From contig CM000154.2 of NCBI GenBank assembly GCA_000004695.1, positions 2,304,001 to 2,368,000 of the forward strand: a DNA stretch of 64,000 bases, read 5' to 3'. Origin of the DNA: Dictyostelium discoideum (lineage: Eukaryota). The position numbers and the translations under genes were made by a program. Below are positions 1 to 12,186 of the stretch, piece by piece; the first letter of the stretch is position 1; each line of letters starts with the position of its first letter. The notes below the pieces were generated by a model. It was not told where the DNA came from and made no database searches. It saw nothing but the letters and a program-made list of their open reading frames with translations.

Positions 1-352
1 TATTATTATCATTATTTTTCCCACCAATTGGTGAACGAGATCTTGATGATTTTCTATTTGATGGTGAATAATTCATTGGTGAAGGTGATCTGGATGAACC
101 ATTCTTTCTTTTATTTGATGATGACGATGGTGATGGTGAAGATTTTCTTTTAGGTGAAGGTGATAGTGGTGATGAAGATCTATTTGACTTTTTCTTTGGA
201 GAAAGTGATCTTGATTTTGACCTTGATCTTGGTGATCTAGACATTGATCTTGATGTTGACCTTACTCTTTTAGGTGATAATTTTTTATCATCATCTTTAT
301 TTAAATCTGGTGATCCATTACTACTACTATTATTATTATTATTATCACCCAT
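1..352 (-). CDS. N-terminal part of an Arg/Ser-rich (RS-domain) protein, 5' partial in window (start codon at 352-350, runs off the left edge)
   Basis: Reverse-strand ATG at 352..350 opens a stop-free frame to position 1: MGDNNNNNSSSNGSPDLNKDDDKKLSPKRVRSTSRSMSRSPRSRSKSRSLSPKKKSNRSSSPLSPSPKRK... The SR/RS dipeptide repeats are typical of splicing-factor RS domains. No homology beyond composition. Confidence 0.45.
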   Translation of the reverse strand, partial: MGDNNNNNSSSNGSPDLNKDDDKKLSPKRVRSTSRSMSRSPRSRSKSRSLSPKKKSNRSSSPLSPSPKRKSSPSPSSSSNKRKNGSSRSPSPMNYSPSNRKSSRSRSPIGGKNNDNN

Positions 353-1203
353 AATAAACAGTAGTCGTAGTGCAATAATAAATTTTAAATTTTAAATTTT
401 AAATTTTAAATTTTAAATGATAACAAAAAAAAAGTGAAATGAATCAAATTAAAATTTTAATTATTACTTTTATCGAATTTTGAATTATATGTATAAAAAA
501 AAAAAAAAAAAGAAAAAATTAATTAAATTATTGAAGATAGTTAATGTGTGGGAATGAAATTAAATGAAAAAAAAAAAAAAAAAAATTTTTTTTTTTACAC
601 TGCAAATTTTTATTTTTTTATTTTATTTTATTTTATTTTTTTTTGAATTAATTTTGGACATAATAAGATAATTTGAAGTTCGATTGAAAATGTGACATAA
701 ATAATAATTCTTATTTATTCAATCTAGATAAAAAATTAAAAAAAAAGAAAAACCACATGTTTTTATTTTTATCTATTTTCCTGATGGTGGGCAATTCTTG
801 ATAAAATAAAAAAAGAAAAAAATAAAAAAAGAAAAATAGATAAAAATAAAAATAAAAAAAAATTAGTGCTCATTCAAATAATAAAAACTTCATCAAAACA
901 CACACACATTGATTAGGTTATTTATACATTTTTTTTGGGGGTTATTATTAAATTGTAAAAAAAAAAAAATAAAAAATAAAAAATAAAAAAAAAAATATAA
1001 ATAAATAAAAATACCAATATTTATTGTACAAAGGTAGTTAGTTTACCTATATTTAATATAAAAAATTTACATTTATATTTTAATAATTAATATATTATAT
1101 ATAAAATAAAAAAAATATAAAAAAATAGAAATTTACTAATTTCAATTTATTAAATTAATTTTTTCCATTTATTTAAAATTATTATTATTTTTATTATTAT
1201 TTC

Positions 1204-1234
<31 letters not shown>

Positions 1235-1579
1235 TATATAAAATGATTACTAATTAATTTTTATTTTTTTTTTTTTTCAATTGAAAAACCAGGAAAATAA
1301 TTATTAATTAATTCAAAATTAAATATGTAAGTTAAAATTAGAAATTTAAAATAAAGGTTGTGTTTTTTTAAAGATAAAATAATAAGAAACTAAAACATCT
1401 TGTGTTCACACAACCTATATCAGTTTTTTAAAATCAATAATAATAAAAATAATAAAAATAATAAAAATAATAAAAATAATAAAAATAATAAAAATAATAA
1501 TAAAAATAAACATATTATCGATAAAATTTATCATTGTTATTTTCATACAAAAATAAGAGGTGGTGTGGTTGAACTAAAT

Positions 1580-1622
<43 letters not shown>

Positions 1623-2103
1623 CTTATTTATATTTTTACACACAAAAAATCACAAAGGGTGAGATTTATATATTTGGGTTTTTTTTATGTGGCAAAAAAA
1701 AATGTATTGTTTATTTATTTGTGTTTTTGAGTGTGGGTTGAGTGTGGTAATGATAGTGTTTTTTGTTTTGTTTTTGTTTTGTTTTGTTTTGTTTTTTTTT
1801 ATGATTTATTATAAATATTTTTTTTTTTTTTGTTATCAATTTTTTATTTTTTTTTTTTTTTTTTACTTATATGTATATTAATATTAATATATTATTTTTA
1901 TTATATTATTTGGTTTTTTTTTATTTTTTTTTTTGTTTTTTTAATAAATAATTAATTTTTTTTTTTTTTATTATAATTTTTTTTATTTCACACTTATACA
2001 TATATATAATTTCATATTTTTAATTATATCACATCATTAATTATTCACCAACACTTTTTTTAAAATATTATCAATAAAATTTATGATATTAATATTTTTT
2101 TTT

Positions 2104-2141
<38 letters not shown>

Positions 2142-2184
2142 TTTCCTTTTATTTTTTTAAAATTTAGAATACTTAAAAAATAAA

Positions 2185-2215
<31 letters not shown>

Positions 2216-2272
2216 CAAAACAAATATAAAAACAATAAATATCCATATAAATATAAATAAAAATCAATAAAA

Positions 2273-3050
2273 ATGGGAATTTCATCATCTAATCCTTTTA
2301 GTTCAATTTTTAAAAGTAAAGCAATAAAATTATTAATGCTTGGTTTAGATGGAAGCGGTAAAACTACTATATTATATAAATTAATGTTGAATGAAGTAGT
2401 TTCAACAATTTCAACATTAGGATATAATGTTGAAACAATTCAACATAAACATTTAAATTTAACAGTAAGTAAAAAAAAAAAAAAAAATAAAAAAATAATA
2501 ATATCATAATATATAAAAATTATCTAATTTAATTAATTTATTTATTTATTTATTTATTTAAAAAAATAAATAAAAAAAAAATAAAAAAAAGTTATGGGAT
2601 TTAGCAGGTGAAGAAAGAATTAGAACATTATGGAAACCATTTTATAATAAATGTACTGCAATAATATTTGTAGTTGATAGTAGTGATAGATTAAGAATTG
2701 ATGAAGCTGCATCAGAATTAGCTAAATTAATGAAAGAGGAAGAATTAAAAGGTTGTTCATTATTAATATTTGCAACAAAACAAGATTGCATATCGCCAAT
2801 GGAAATACCCGAATTAACCGATCAATTGGGTTTACATGATATTAAAGATCGTAGGTGGTATGTACAACCAACAAGAACATTAGAAGGTATTGGAATTTAT
2901 GAAGGATTAGATTGGTTATCAACTAAAATCATTGAAGATCGAAAATCGAAATCATTTAAATCTAAATTCTCTTTTTCAAATAAAAGTAAACAACAAAAAT
3001 CAAATAGCCAACCAAATACACCAAGAAAAAATATTCAAATGATGACATAA
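2273..3050 (+). CDS. ARF-like (ARF/ARL family) small GTPase; exons 2273..2464 and 2592..3050 (intron 2465..2591, GTAAGT..AG)
   Basis: N-terminal MG (myristoylation-type start); P-loop GLDGSGKTTILYKL; switch region WDLAGEERIRTLW (ARF WDVGGQ equivalent); NKQD-type FATKQD. Intron placed so LNLT|LWDLAGEE is continuous. C-terminal Ser/Lys-rich tail. Confidence 0.85.
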
Positions 3051-3089
3051 TTAAAATAAAAATAATTATTAAAAAAAATAATAATAATA

Positions 3090-3125
<36 letters not shown>

Positions 3126-3544
3126 GCGCTTAATTAAAAAATTAATACTATTCTGTAAATAAAACAAACTCATTATTTTCAAATTATTGATTAAAAATTT
3201 TAAATAAAAAAATATTTCTTTATTTTTTTTATAATTAATTTAAAATGTTTTTAATCAATACAAAATCTCACCCCACTTTTTGAATAGATAAAGAAAAATA
3301 AATATGACAATTTTTGGTGAAAAAAAGATTAATCTTAAAGTGGGGGAAAGGGGTGGTAGTTATTTGAAAAAACAATAATATTTTTAAAAAAGGTTTGTAA
3401 CAATTTGGAAAAAAATAAAAAAAATAATAATAATAATAATAAAAAGTTTTAAAAAAATGAAATTATTTTTCAGTTAATCAAATAAAAAAAATACAAAAGG
3501 TTATAAAAAATAATATTATTATAATTATAATTACTATTTCAAAA

Positions 3545-4570
3545 ATGAAATTAAAATCAATAATAACTGAAATATTCGAAGTTATTGCTCCATTTTTTTT
3601 TAGTTTTTTAATTATTATATTTTCACCAATTTTAAAATTCATTTGTTTTAAAAAATCATTAAAATTTTCAAAACCTAAATCAATAGTTATTACAGGTACT
3701 TGTTCAGGTTTAGGAAGAGAATTAGCTTGTAAATATTCATCAATTTATAAAAATGATTTAACATTATTATTAATGGGAATGAATGAAGATAATTTAAATC
3801 AAGTAAAACAAATTTGTCAAAATCATGGATCAATTGTTTATACAATTATTGAAAATATTAAAAATAAAGAAAGAATGAAAAACCATTTAATTGAATTTCA
3901 TTCAAAACATCCAATTGATTTATTAATTGCAAATGCTGGTACAATTGAATGTAACTTTTATTTTTTTTTTATTTTTTTGTTTTTTTTTTTTTTTTATTAA
4001 CACACTTTAATTTTTTTTTTTTTTTTATTTTTAACATAAGCTCAACTTAAAGAATCGTTAAGTTTTGAAGATAAACTTCGTGAAATATCAGATACAAATA
4101 TTAATGGAATGTTAAATACAGTGTTACCTGTTATTCCATTAATGGAATCAAGAGGGTGTGGACAAATTGCAATAGTTTCATCATTGTCTAAGAATTTCTC
4201 GTCATTTTATGTTGGTTATAGTGCAAGTAAAGCATATATTTCAACATTTACTAAAATTTTAAGAAACAGATTACATGCATTAAATATTGGAGTTTATTTA
4301 ATTGAACCGGGTTATATTTCAACACCACTAACTCAAACATTAAAAATAAAACCTTTATTTGAAATTAAAATTGAAGATGCGGCACCAGAAATTATTGAAG
4401 GAATTGAAAATGGTAAATCATATATCTCATTCCCATTTAGTGCTCGATGTGTCTCAATTATTTCACATGCTGTTCCTGAATTTTTAACTGATGCCATTAA
4501 TTCATTTAATTCTTTCTTTTTTGGAAGATTTGATTTTCACAAAAAAGATATTAAAAATAAAATCAATTAA
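3545..4570 (+). CDS. Short-chain dehydrogenase/reductase (SDR) family protein, paralogue 1; exons 3545..3950 and 4041..4570
   Basis: Cofactor-binding motif VITGTCSGLGRELA (TGxxxGxG); NAG motif (IANAG); catalytic YSASK (YxxxK); PG motif LIEPGYISTP. The intron splits a codon (t|..|ct = Ser), giving a 312-codon CDS. The junction peptide ...ANAGTIE|SQLKESLSFEDKLREISDTNINGMLNTVLP aligns with paralogues 2 and 3. Confidence 0.8.
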
Positions 4571-4665
4571 ATTTTTATTTTTTTTCGGAAATTTCAATTT
4601 TACTTTTTTTTTTTTGGGCGATGGGGTTAATTTGATAAAATTATAAAAATATCTTATTTTAATTG

Positions 4666-4697
<32 letters not shown>

Positions 4698-4882
4698 CAG
4701 AATTAAAAAAAAAGAACAAAGATATTTTTAATTTTTTATTTTTAATTTTTATTTTTTTTTTTATTTTTTTTTTTAATTTATGATTTCGCAATCACCTGAT
4801 TTTTAATTTTTTTTTTTTTTTAATTTTTTTAATTTTTTTTTTTTTTATAATCAATTCACATATTTATAAAAACAAAAAAAAA

Positions 4883-5311
4883 ATGATATTATTTGAAGAT
4901 GTTGTAAAATCATTTATTGATAATATGAATGATTATTTAATGATTATAGTTTCATTCTTTGGTAGTTTATTATTATTATTAATTGGACCATTTTTAAATT
5001 TAATTAATATTACAAAGAATAAAACTAAATTTGGTACACCAAAAACAATTGTTATCACTGGAAGTAATAGTGGTATGGGTAGAGGTATTGCAATTGCATA
5101 TGCAAAACCAGGTGTAACATTAGGTTTAATCGGTAGAAACATTGAAAGATTACAAGACGTTAAAAATGAATGTATTAAAAAAGGTGCCAATGTTATCATT
5201 GAATCAATTGATATCACTGATAAAGAAAAAATGAATAATTGGTTATTATCATTTGATAAAAAGTATACTGTTGATATTTTAATTGCAAATGCTGCTGTAA
5301 GTGAATGTATG

Positions 5312-5348
<37 letters not shown>

Positions 5349-6046
5349 AAACATTTTTACTAATTTTTACAAAAAGTAATGTTACCAAAAGAATTAAATT
5401 TTAATGATAGAACATATGAACTTACAAATATAAATGGTAATAACAATAATAATAATAATATTTTTTTTTTTTTTATAAACAATATGTTAATTTATTTTTT
5501 TTTTTTTTTTTTTTTTTTTTATTTTAATAATAAGTAATGGGTATGTTAAATACAGCATTACCATTAATTGAAAATTTTGAAAAAAGGGGTAATGGTCAAA
5601 TTGTTTTAGTATCAAGTTTAACTAGTTATTTGAATTTTGTATTACCAACTTATTGTGGATCAAAAGCATTTGTAACATCATTTGGATTAACATTAAGAAA
5701 TAGATTAAAGGATAGTGGTGTTGGTGTTTCAATTGTTGCACCTGGTTTTGTTGATACTCCAATGTCTGATTCATTGAAACAAGATTCATTACCATTCTCT
5801 GTTACACCAAATCAAGCTGCTACAATAATATTAGATGGTATTAGTAAGAATAAAGCTTTTATTGCTTTCTCATTACCAACTTTATTATTCACCTACTTTG
5901 TAAATATTATCCCACCAAATCTTAAAGATTCTTGGAATTATATAAGTACATTTTTCTTTAAACATCCAGAATTTAATCCTCCAAATACTAGTAATAGTAA
6001 TAGTAATAATACAGATTCTTCATCTTCAAAATTTAAAAAAAATTAA
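4883..6046 (+). CDS. SDR family protein, paralogue 2; exons 4883..5306, 5377..5436 (60-nt micro-exon), 5535..6046
   Basis: VITGSNSGMGRGIAIAYA (TGxxxGxG); IANAA; YCGSKAF (YxxxK); PGFVDTP. Same first-intron position as paralogue 1. A second intron is needed because the read-through frame hits a stop inside an (AAT)n(T)n run. Total 332 codons. Micro-exon encodes LMLPKELNFNDRTYELTNIN. Confidence 0.7.
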
Positions 6047-6383
6047 ATTAAAAAATTAATATTATATTAATTATTTTTGATTTTTATAAACATTAAATAA
6101 AATAAGATGAAATAAAATATTTAAATTTAATAAGTGGTTATTATTTAGTTTTGAATTTTTTTTATTTTTTTTTATTTTAAAGATAATTTCGAACCTATTA
6201 ATAATTAGGTTTCCTTATTTTCATAATTTTTTTTTTTTTTTTTAATAATTAATTTAAATTTTATTTTTTTTTTTATTAATTTTGTTTTATTGTTTGATAA
6301 AAAAAAAAAAAAAATTTTATAAAGGGGTTAATATCAAAAAAAAAAAAAAAAAAAAAAACAATCATTTATCTGTGAAAATAAAG

Positions 6384-7522
6384 ATGGAATTATTTTGTTT
6401 TTTAAATTATGCAAATGATTTTCTTGTTTTATTTATGAATATAATAGGATCAATATTCATTTTAATAATTAGTCCAATTTTATATTTAATAAATTTAAAA
6501 AGAATTAAACAATTTAAAAAAGGAAAAAATATTGTTATTACAGGTAATATAAAAATAAAATTCTAAATAATAATAATAATTCTAAAATAATATTTTTAAA
6601 AAAATAGGTGCATCATCAGGATTAGGTGAATCATTAGCATTAAATTACTCAAAAAATGCAGGTGTAAAACTTGGATTAATTGGTAGGGATACTAATAGAT
6701 TACAAAAAGTTAAAGAAGAATGTTTAAAAAATGGTGCTGAATATGTTGAAATTGAATCAATTGATGTTTCAAATCAAAAAGATATGGAAAATTTTTTAAA
6801 TGATTTTAATAAAAGAATACCAATTGATATAATTTATGCAAATGCTGCTGTAAATGAATGTAATTATAATTTTTATTAATTAATTATTATTAATTATTAT
6901 TACCTCTACTAATATTTTTATTTTATAAATAGTGGTATTACCAAGAGAATTAAGTTTTACAGAAAGAGCAAATAAAATTGTTGATATTAATGTTTATGGA
7001 TTATTAAATACAGTTTTACCAATGATATCAATTTTTGAGAGTAGAAGTAGAGTTGTTAATAATAATAACAACAGTGGTGATGGTGGTGGTGGTGGTGGTC
7101 AAATTGTTTTAGTATCAAGTGTTGGACCAATGACAAATTTTGTATTTCCAACTTATAATGGTACAAAAGCATTTGTAACATCGTTTGGATTAACATTAAG
7201 AAATAGATTAATGGAACAAGGTATTGGTGTTAGTGTTGTTGTACCAGGTTATATTGAAACTCCAATGGCACATGTATTGAAACAAGAGAAATTAATGTTT
7301 TCTGTAACTCCTGAATATGCCGCTAGTAAAACAATTGAAGGTGTACAATTCAATAAAGGTTTAATCACATTCTCAAGATCAATTTATATGATGTCTGTTT
7401 TCTTTAGTTTATTTCCACCAAATTTTGCCAAAGATTCAATTGATTTCATATTATCCAAATTTATTAATTTCCCTGATCATAATAAACCAATGTCACCACA
7501 AGCAAATAAAAAAGTTGATTAA
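6384..7522 (+). CDS. SDR family protein, paralogue 3; exons 6384..6543, 6608..6859, 6933..7522
   Basis: Exon 1 ends KNIVITG|; exon 2 gives ASSGLGESLALNYSKNAG...IDIIYANAAVNE; exon 3 gives LVLPRELSFTERANKIVDINVYGLLNTVLP...YNGTKAF...PGYIETP. It has an extra intron inside the Rossmann motif that is absent from paralogues 1 and 2. Total 334 codons. The six-frame track starts at 6282 but the first ATG in frame is 6384. Confidence 0.7.
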
Positions 7523-8278
7523 ATTCTTCTTCTTCACCCTCCTCCCTTTTAGTATAGGATATTTAAAATAAAAAATAAAAAATAAAAAATAAAAAATAAA
7601 AAATATCTTAGTCCAATTTTTAATCAGATAATTTAAAAAAAAAAAAAATTGTTTATTTAAATAAACTACCAGGAAAAAAAAAACTTTGATTTCTTGTCTT
7701 ATGACAATCTTTCACTGAAAAACGATTTTTACGGTGGAATTTATTTTTTTTTTATTTTTTTTTTATTTTTTATTTTTTTTTTTTTTTTTTTTTTTGCAAA
7801 GCTGGTAGGTCCCCACACTGTTTTTATAAAACATTTTTTTTAAATTTTTTTTTTTTTTTTTTTTTTTAAATTTTATTTTTCTCTTTATTAAAAAATCTTT
7901 TGTCTCTGTTGTTTATATAAGATATATTAATTGTTTTGTTTTGTTTTGTTTTTTTTTTTTTATTTATTAATTTATTTATCTTCACTAAATCATCATTGAT
8001 ATTACTACATTTATTTATAAAACTACTTTTTTATTATTTTTTATTTTCCACAAATTGTTATTTTACCACATAACCCATCATTTTTTTTTTTTTTTTTTTT
8101 ATAAATTAATTAAATATAAATATTATTCACACACAAACAAAAAATAAAAATAAATTCCAAATTATATTATTATATACAAAAAAAAATAAAAATAAAATAA
8201 AAATAAATTAATTATTATTAAAACAACACATATAAAAAAAAAAAAAAGTACATATACATATATATAAAATTTTAAATA

Positions 8279-9391
<1,113 letters not shown>

Positions 9392-9816
9392 ATAAATAAA
9401 AAAAAAAAAAGTTTAATTTTTTTTATTTTTTTTATCTGGTTATATAAATTTTGGACGTAAAGGTTTTTTTCCTTTTTTTTTTTTTTTTTTTTTCATTTTA
9501 TATTTATTTATTTTTTTATTTTTTATATTTTTAAAAAATAAAGAATTGTAAATAAATAAAAAAAAAAAAAAAAATTAAATTAATTAAAACTGTTTTATCC
9601 TTTTTTTAAAGAACTTTTTTTTTTTTGGAGAAAATATTGTCGTTGATGTGCGGAAAAAATAATTTATTAGATATTTTGGTTTCAAAGAGTAATCGCGATC
9701 AAATATTTTTTTTATTTTTTTTTTTTATTTTTTTTTTTTTATTTTTATTTTTTTTTTAGGGTTTTTTATAAATAGCTTTTATTTTTATCGAAAAAAAAAA
9801 AAAAAAAATAATAAAG

Positions 9817-10440
9817 ATGGAATATAAAAAAAATTCCATTCAATTTTTTACAAATATGGTTATTAATCGTTGGAGTGTATATATTTATTATGGCTTGCTT
9901 AATAATTTTTAAAAAAAAAAATTTTGTAATAAAGACATTATATTCATTGGAGCCGGAAAATGGTAAAATTATTTGAAAATAGATTTAATTGAAAAAAAAA
10001 AAAAAAATACAGGAGACTAAAAATAATCTAATAACTCACTTATAAAAAAAAAAATAAAAAATAAAAAATAAAAATTAAAAAGTTTCAGATCTTACTGCCC
10101 GAATCCTTTTCTTATGTAATATAAAATTTATAAATTCAATTTAATTTTTTTTTTTTTTTTTTTTTTAACACAAATTATTAATATTAATAGATTTAATTAT
10201 TATTATTATTTTTTTTATTTAGGGGTTTTTGGTAATTGGATACTCACCATCTCTAATGCTTTGAATTATGAAAAAAATAGTTTATTCTATTTAACTTGGT
10301 TTTCCTTTGTAGTTGGTCTAACTCATTATGCCTTTGAGTTTTTTTACTATAATACAAACAACTTTAAAAATAATATTTCACAACTATTTTTTGCTGGACC
10401 AGCTGTTTTCTTTATGGCAATTAGAATTTTATATTTATAA
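9817..10440 (+). CDS. Small multi-pass membrane protein, tandem paralogue A (exons about 9817..9962 and 10223..10440); reading frame broken by 1 nt in a T6 run at 9844..9849 (possible pseudogene or sequencing error)
   Basis: Exon 2 (VFGNWILTISNALNYEKNSLFYLTWFSFVVGLTHYAFEFFYYNTNNFKNNISQLFFAGPAVFFMAIRILYL*) and the exon-1 segment WLLIVGVYIFIMACLIIFKKKNFVIKTLYSLEPENG are clearly homologous to paralogue B. The ATG at 9817 (MEYKKNSIQF...) is in frame +1 relative to them; deleting one T in the T6 run gives MEYKKNSIQFLQIWLLIVGVY..., parallel to MET-FAIWLLMVGLY of B. Confidence 0.45.
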
Positions 10441-10832
10441 AATATGTGAAATAATTTTTATATACATAAAATTAATTAAAAAAAAAAAAAAAAAAAAAAT
10501 AATAAAGATGTGCAATTAAAAAGAAAGAAAAAAAAATTCATATACTAAAATCTTACTAATTTAATTATCTTTTAATTTAAATTATTTTTTTCAAATGGTT
10601 TTGCTTATTAATAGTTTTAGTTTAAATTTTTTTTTCCTTTTACCAGATAGTCTTTTTTTTTTGTTTTTAAAATTATTTAAAAAAAAAAAAAAATAAAATT
10701 AAATAAAGATTGTATATTTTTTTTTAATTAATAAAAAAGAAAATTTTCAATTTAATTAATATTTAGATTTTTAAATAATAAATTTTAAGTAAATAAAATT
10801 TTTAATAAAAAAAAAAATATAGTTTTAAGAAA

Positions 10833-10956
10833 ATGGAAACATTTGCAATTTGGTTATTAATGGTTGGATTATATAGAGTTTTTATGAGTTTTTTGATTTT
10901 GATACAAACTGATGTTCTAAAAAAAGTTATCTACCCTTTAAAACCAATTGAAGGTA

Positions 10957-11004
<48 letters not shown>

Positions 11005-11321
11005 TTATAGTTTATTTTGCCAAAATTTTTTTTTTTATAATTAATTAAAATAACTTTTTTTTTTATATAGTTTCACCACTATTTTGCAGAATGGCTTTTA
11101 TGTGGGTAATTTCAAATGCAATTTTAACTATTACCACTTCACTAAATATGGATAATAAACCGTTATATTTCATAACATGGTTAACTTTTGTGATTGGTTT
11201 ATCACATTTTATGTTAGAGCAATTTTATTTCAAAACAAATACATTAAAAAGTAATTTATCACAATTATTTTTTGCAACTCCTTGTTTGGTTATTATGGGA
11301 ATAAAATTATTGAATTGGTAA
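10833..11321 (+). CDS. Small multi-pass membrane protein, tandem paralogue B; exons 10833..10953 and 11071..11321 (intron contains a (TAT)n run)
   Basis: METFAIWLLMVGLYRVFMSFLILIQTDVLKKVIYPLKPIE|VSPLFCRMAFMWVISNAILTITTSLNMDNKPLYFITWLTFVIGLSHFMLEQFYFKTNTLKSNLSQLFFATPCLVIMGIKLLNW*. 124 codons with about four hydrophobic segments. No recognised family. Confidence 0.6.
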
Positions 11322-11721
11322 AAAAAAAAAATAAAAAAATAATCTATTTTTAGAAAAAAAGAAATCATTTTAAAAATAGAAAATAAAATAAAAAAAAAAA
11401 TAAATTAAAAAATATTTATAATTTGTTAAAATCTCCACTCAATTACAAAGAGAGAGAGGGAGGAAGTTCGTTTTTTATTTAATTTTATTTACGCATGTGG
11501 TGTATATATAAATATAGTAAAAGTATAATTTTTTAAGTTCACTAGAGAAAAGTATATACTTTTTTTTTTTATTTTTTTTATTTGTATGTTTTTATTTAAT
11601 AGTTTTAAATATTTCAAATTACTTATTTGATATTCTTTATTTTATTTTTTTTTCTTTTTTTTTCTTTTTTACTTTTTTTTTTCTTTTTTTTTTCTTCTTT
11701 TTTGATTTTCTTCTCAACCAT

Positions 11722-11887
11722 TTAAACATGTAGTTCACTAGGAGTTGGACTACTATTATTTGAATTATTACTGGAATTATTTGAATCTTTTTTCCCTCTT
11801 TTGAATTTCTTTATATGTTTTCCATTCTCTAACTGTTCTTCTTCTTCTTCTGATGCACTTGATAATTCATTTTCATCATTTTGATTG

Positions 11888-11973
<86 letters not shown>

Positions 11974-12155
11974 GTTACTATTATTATTATTTAATTTTTT
12001 ATTTGGTGATTCATCGCAACCATTAATATCTTTGTCTATTGAAGTTGGTCCATTACTTTTATCAATTTTCTTTGAAACAACAGATTCATTTTTTTCATAA
12101 TCCAATTTTCTTTTTGGTGTTGTTTTCCTATTATCTCCAATCTCTTGATTATTGC

Positions 12156-12186
<31 letters not shown>

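Noticed and set aside
10328-10519. 63-aa plus-strand ORF inside paralogue A exon 2 region
   Set aside because: It is an alternative frame of the real exon, whose correct frame is fixed by homology to paralogue B. It uses a non-ATG start and ends in a Lys homopolymer.
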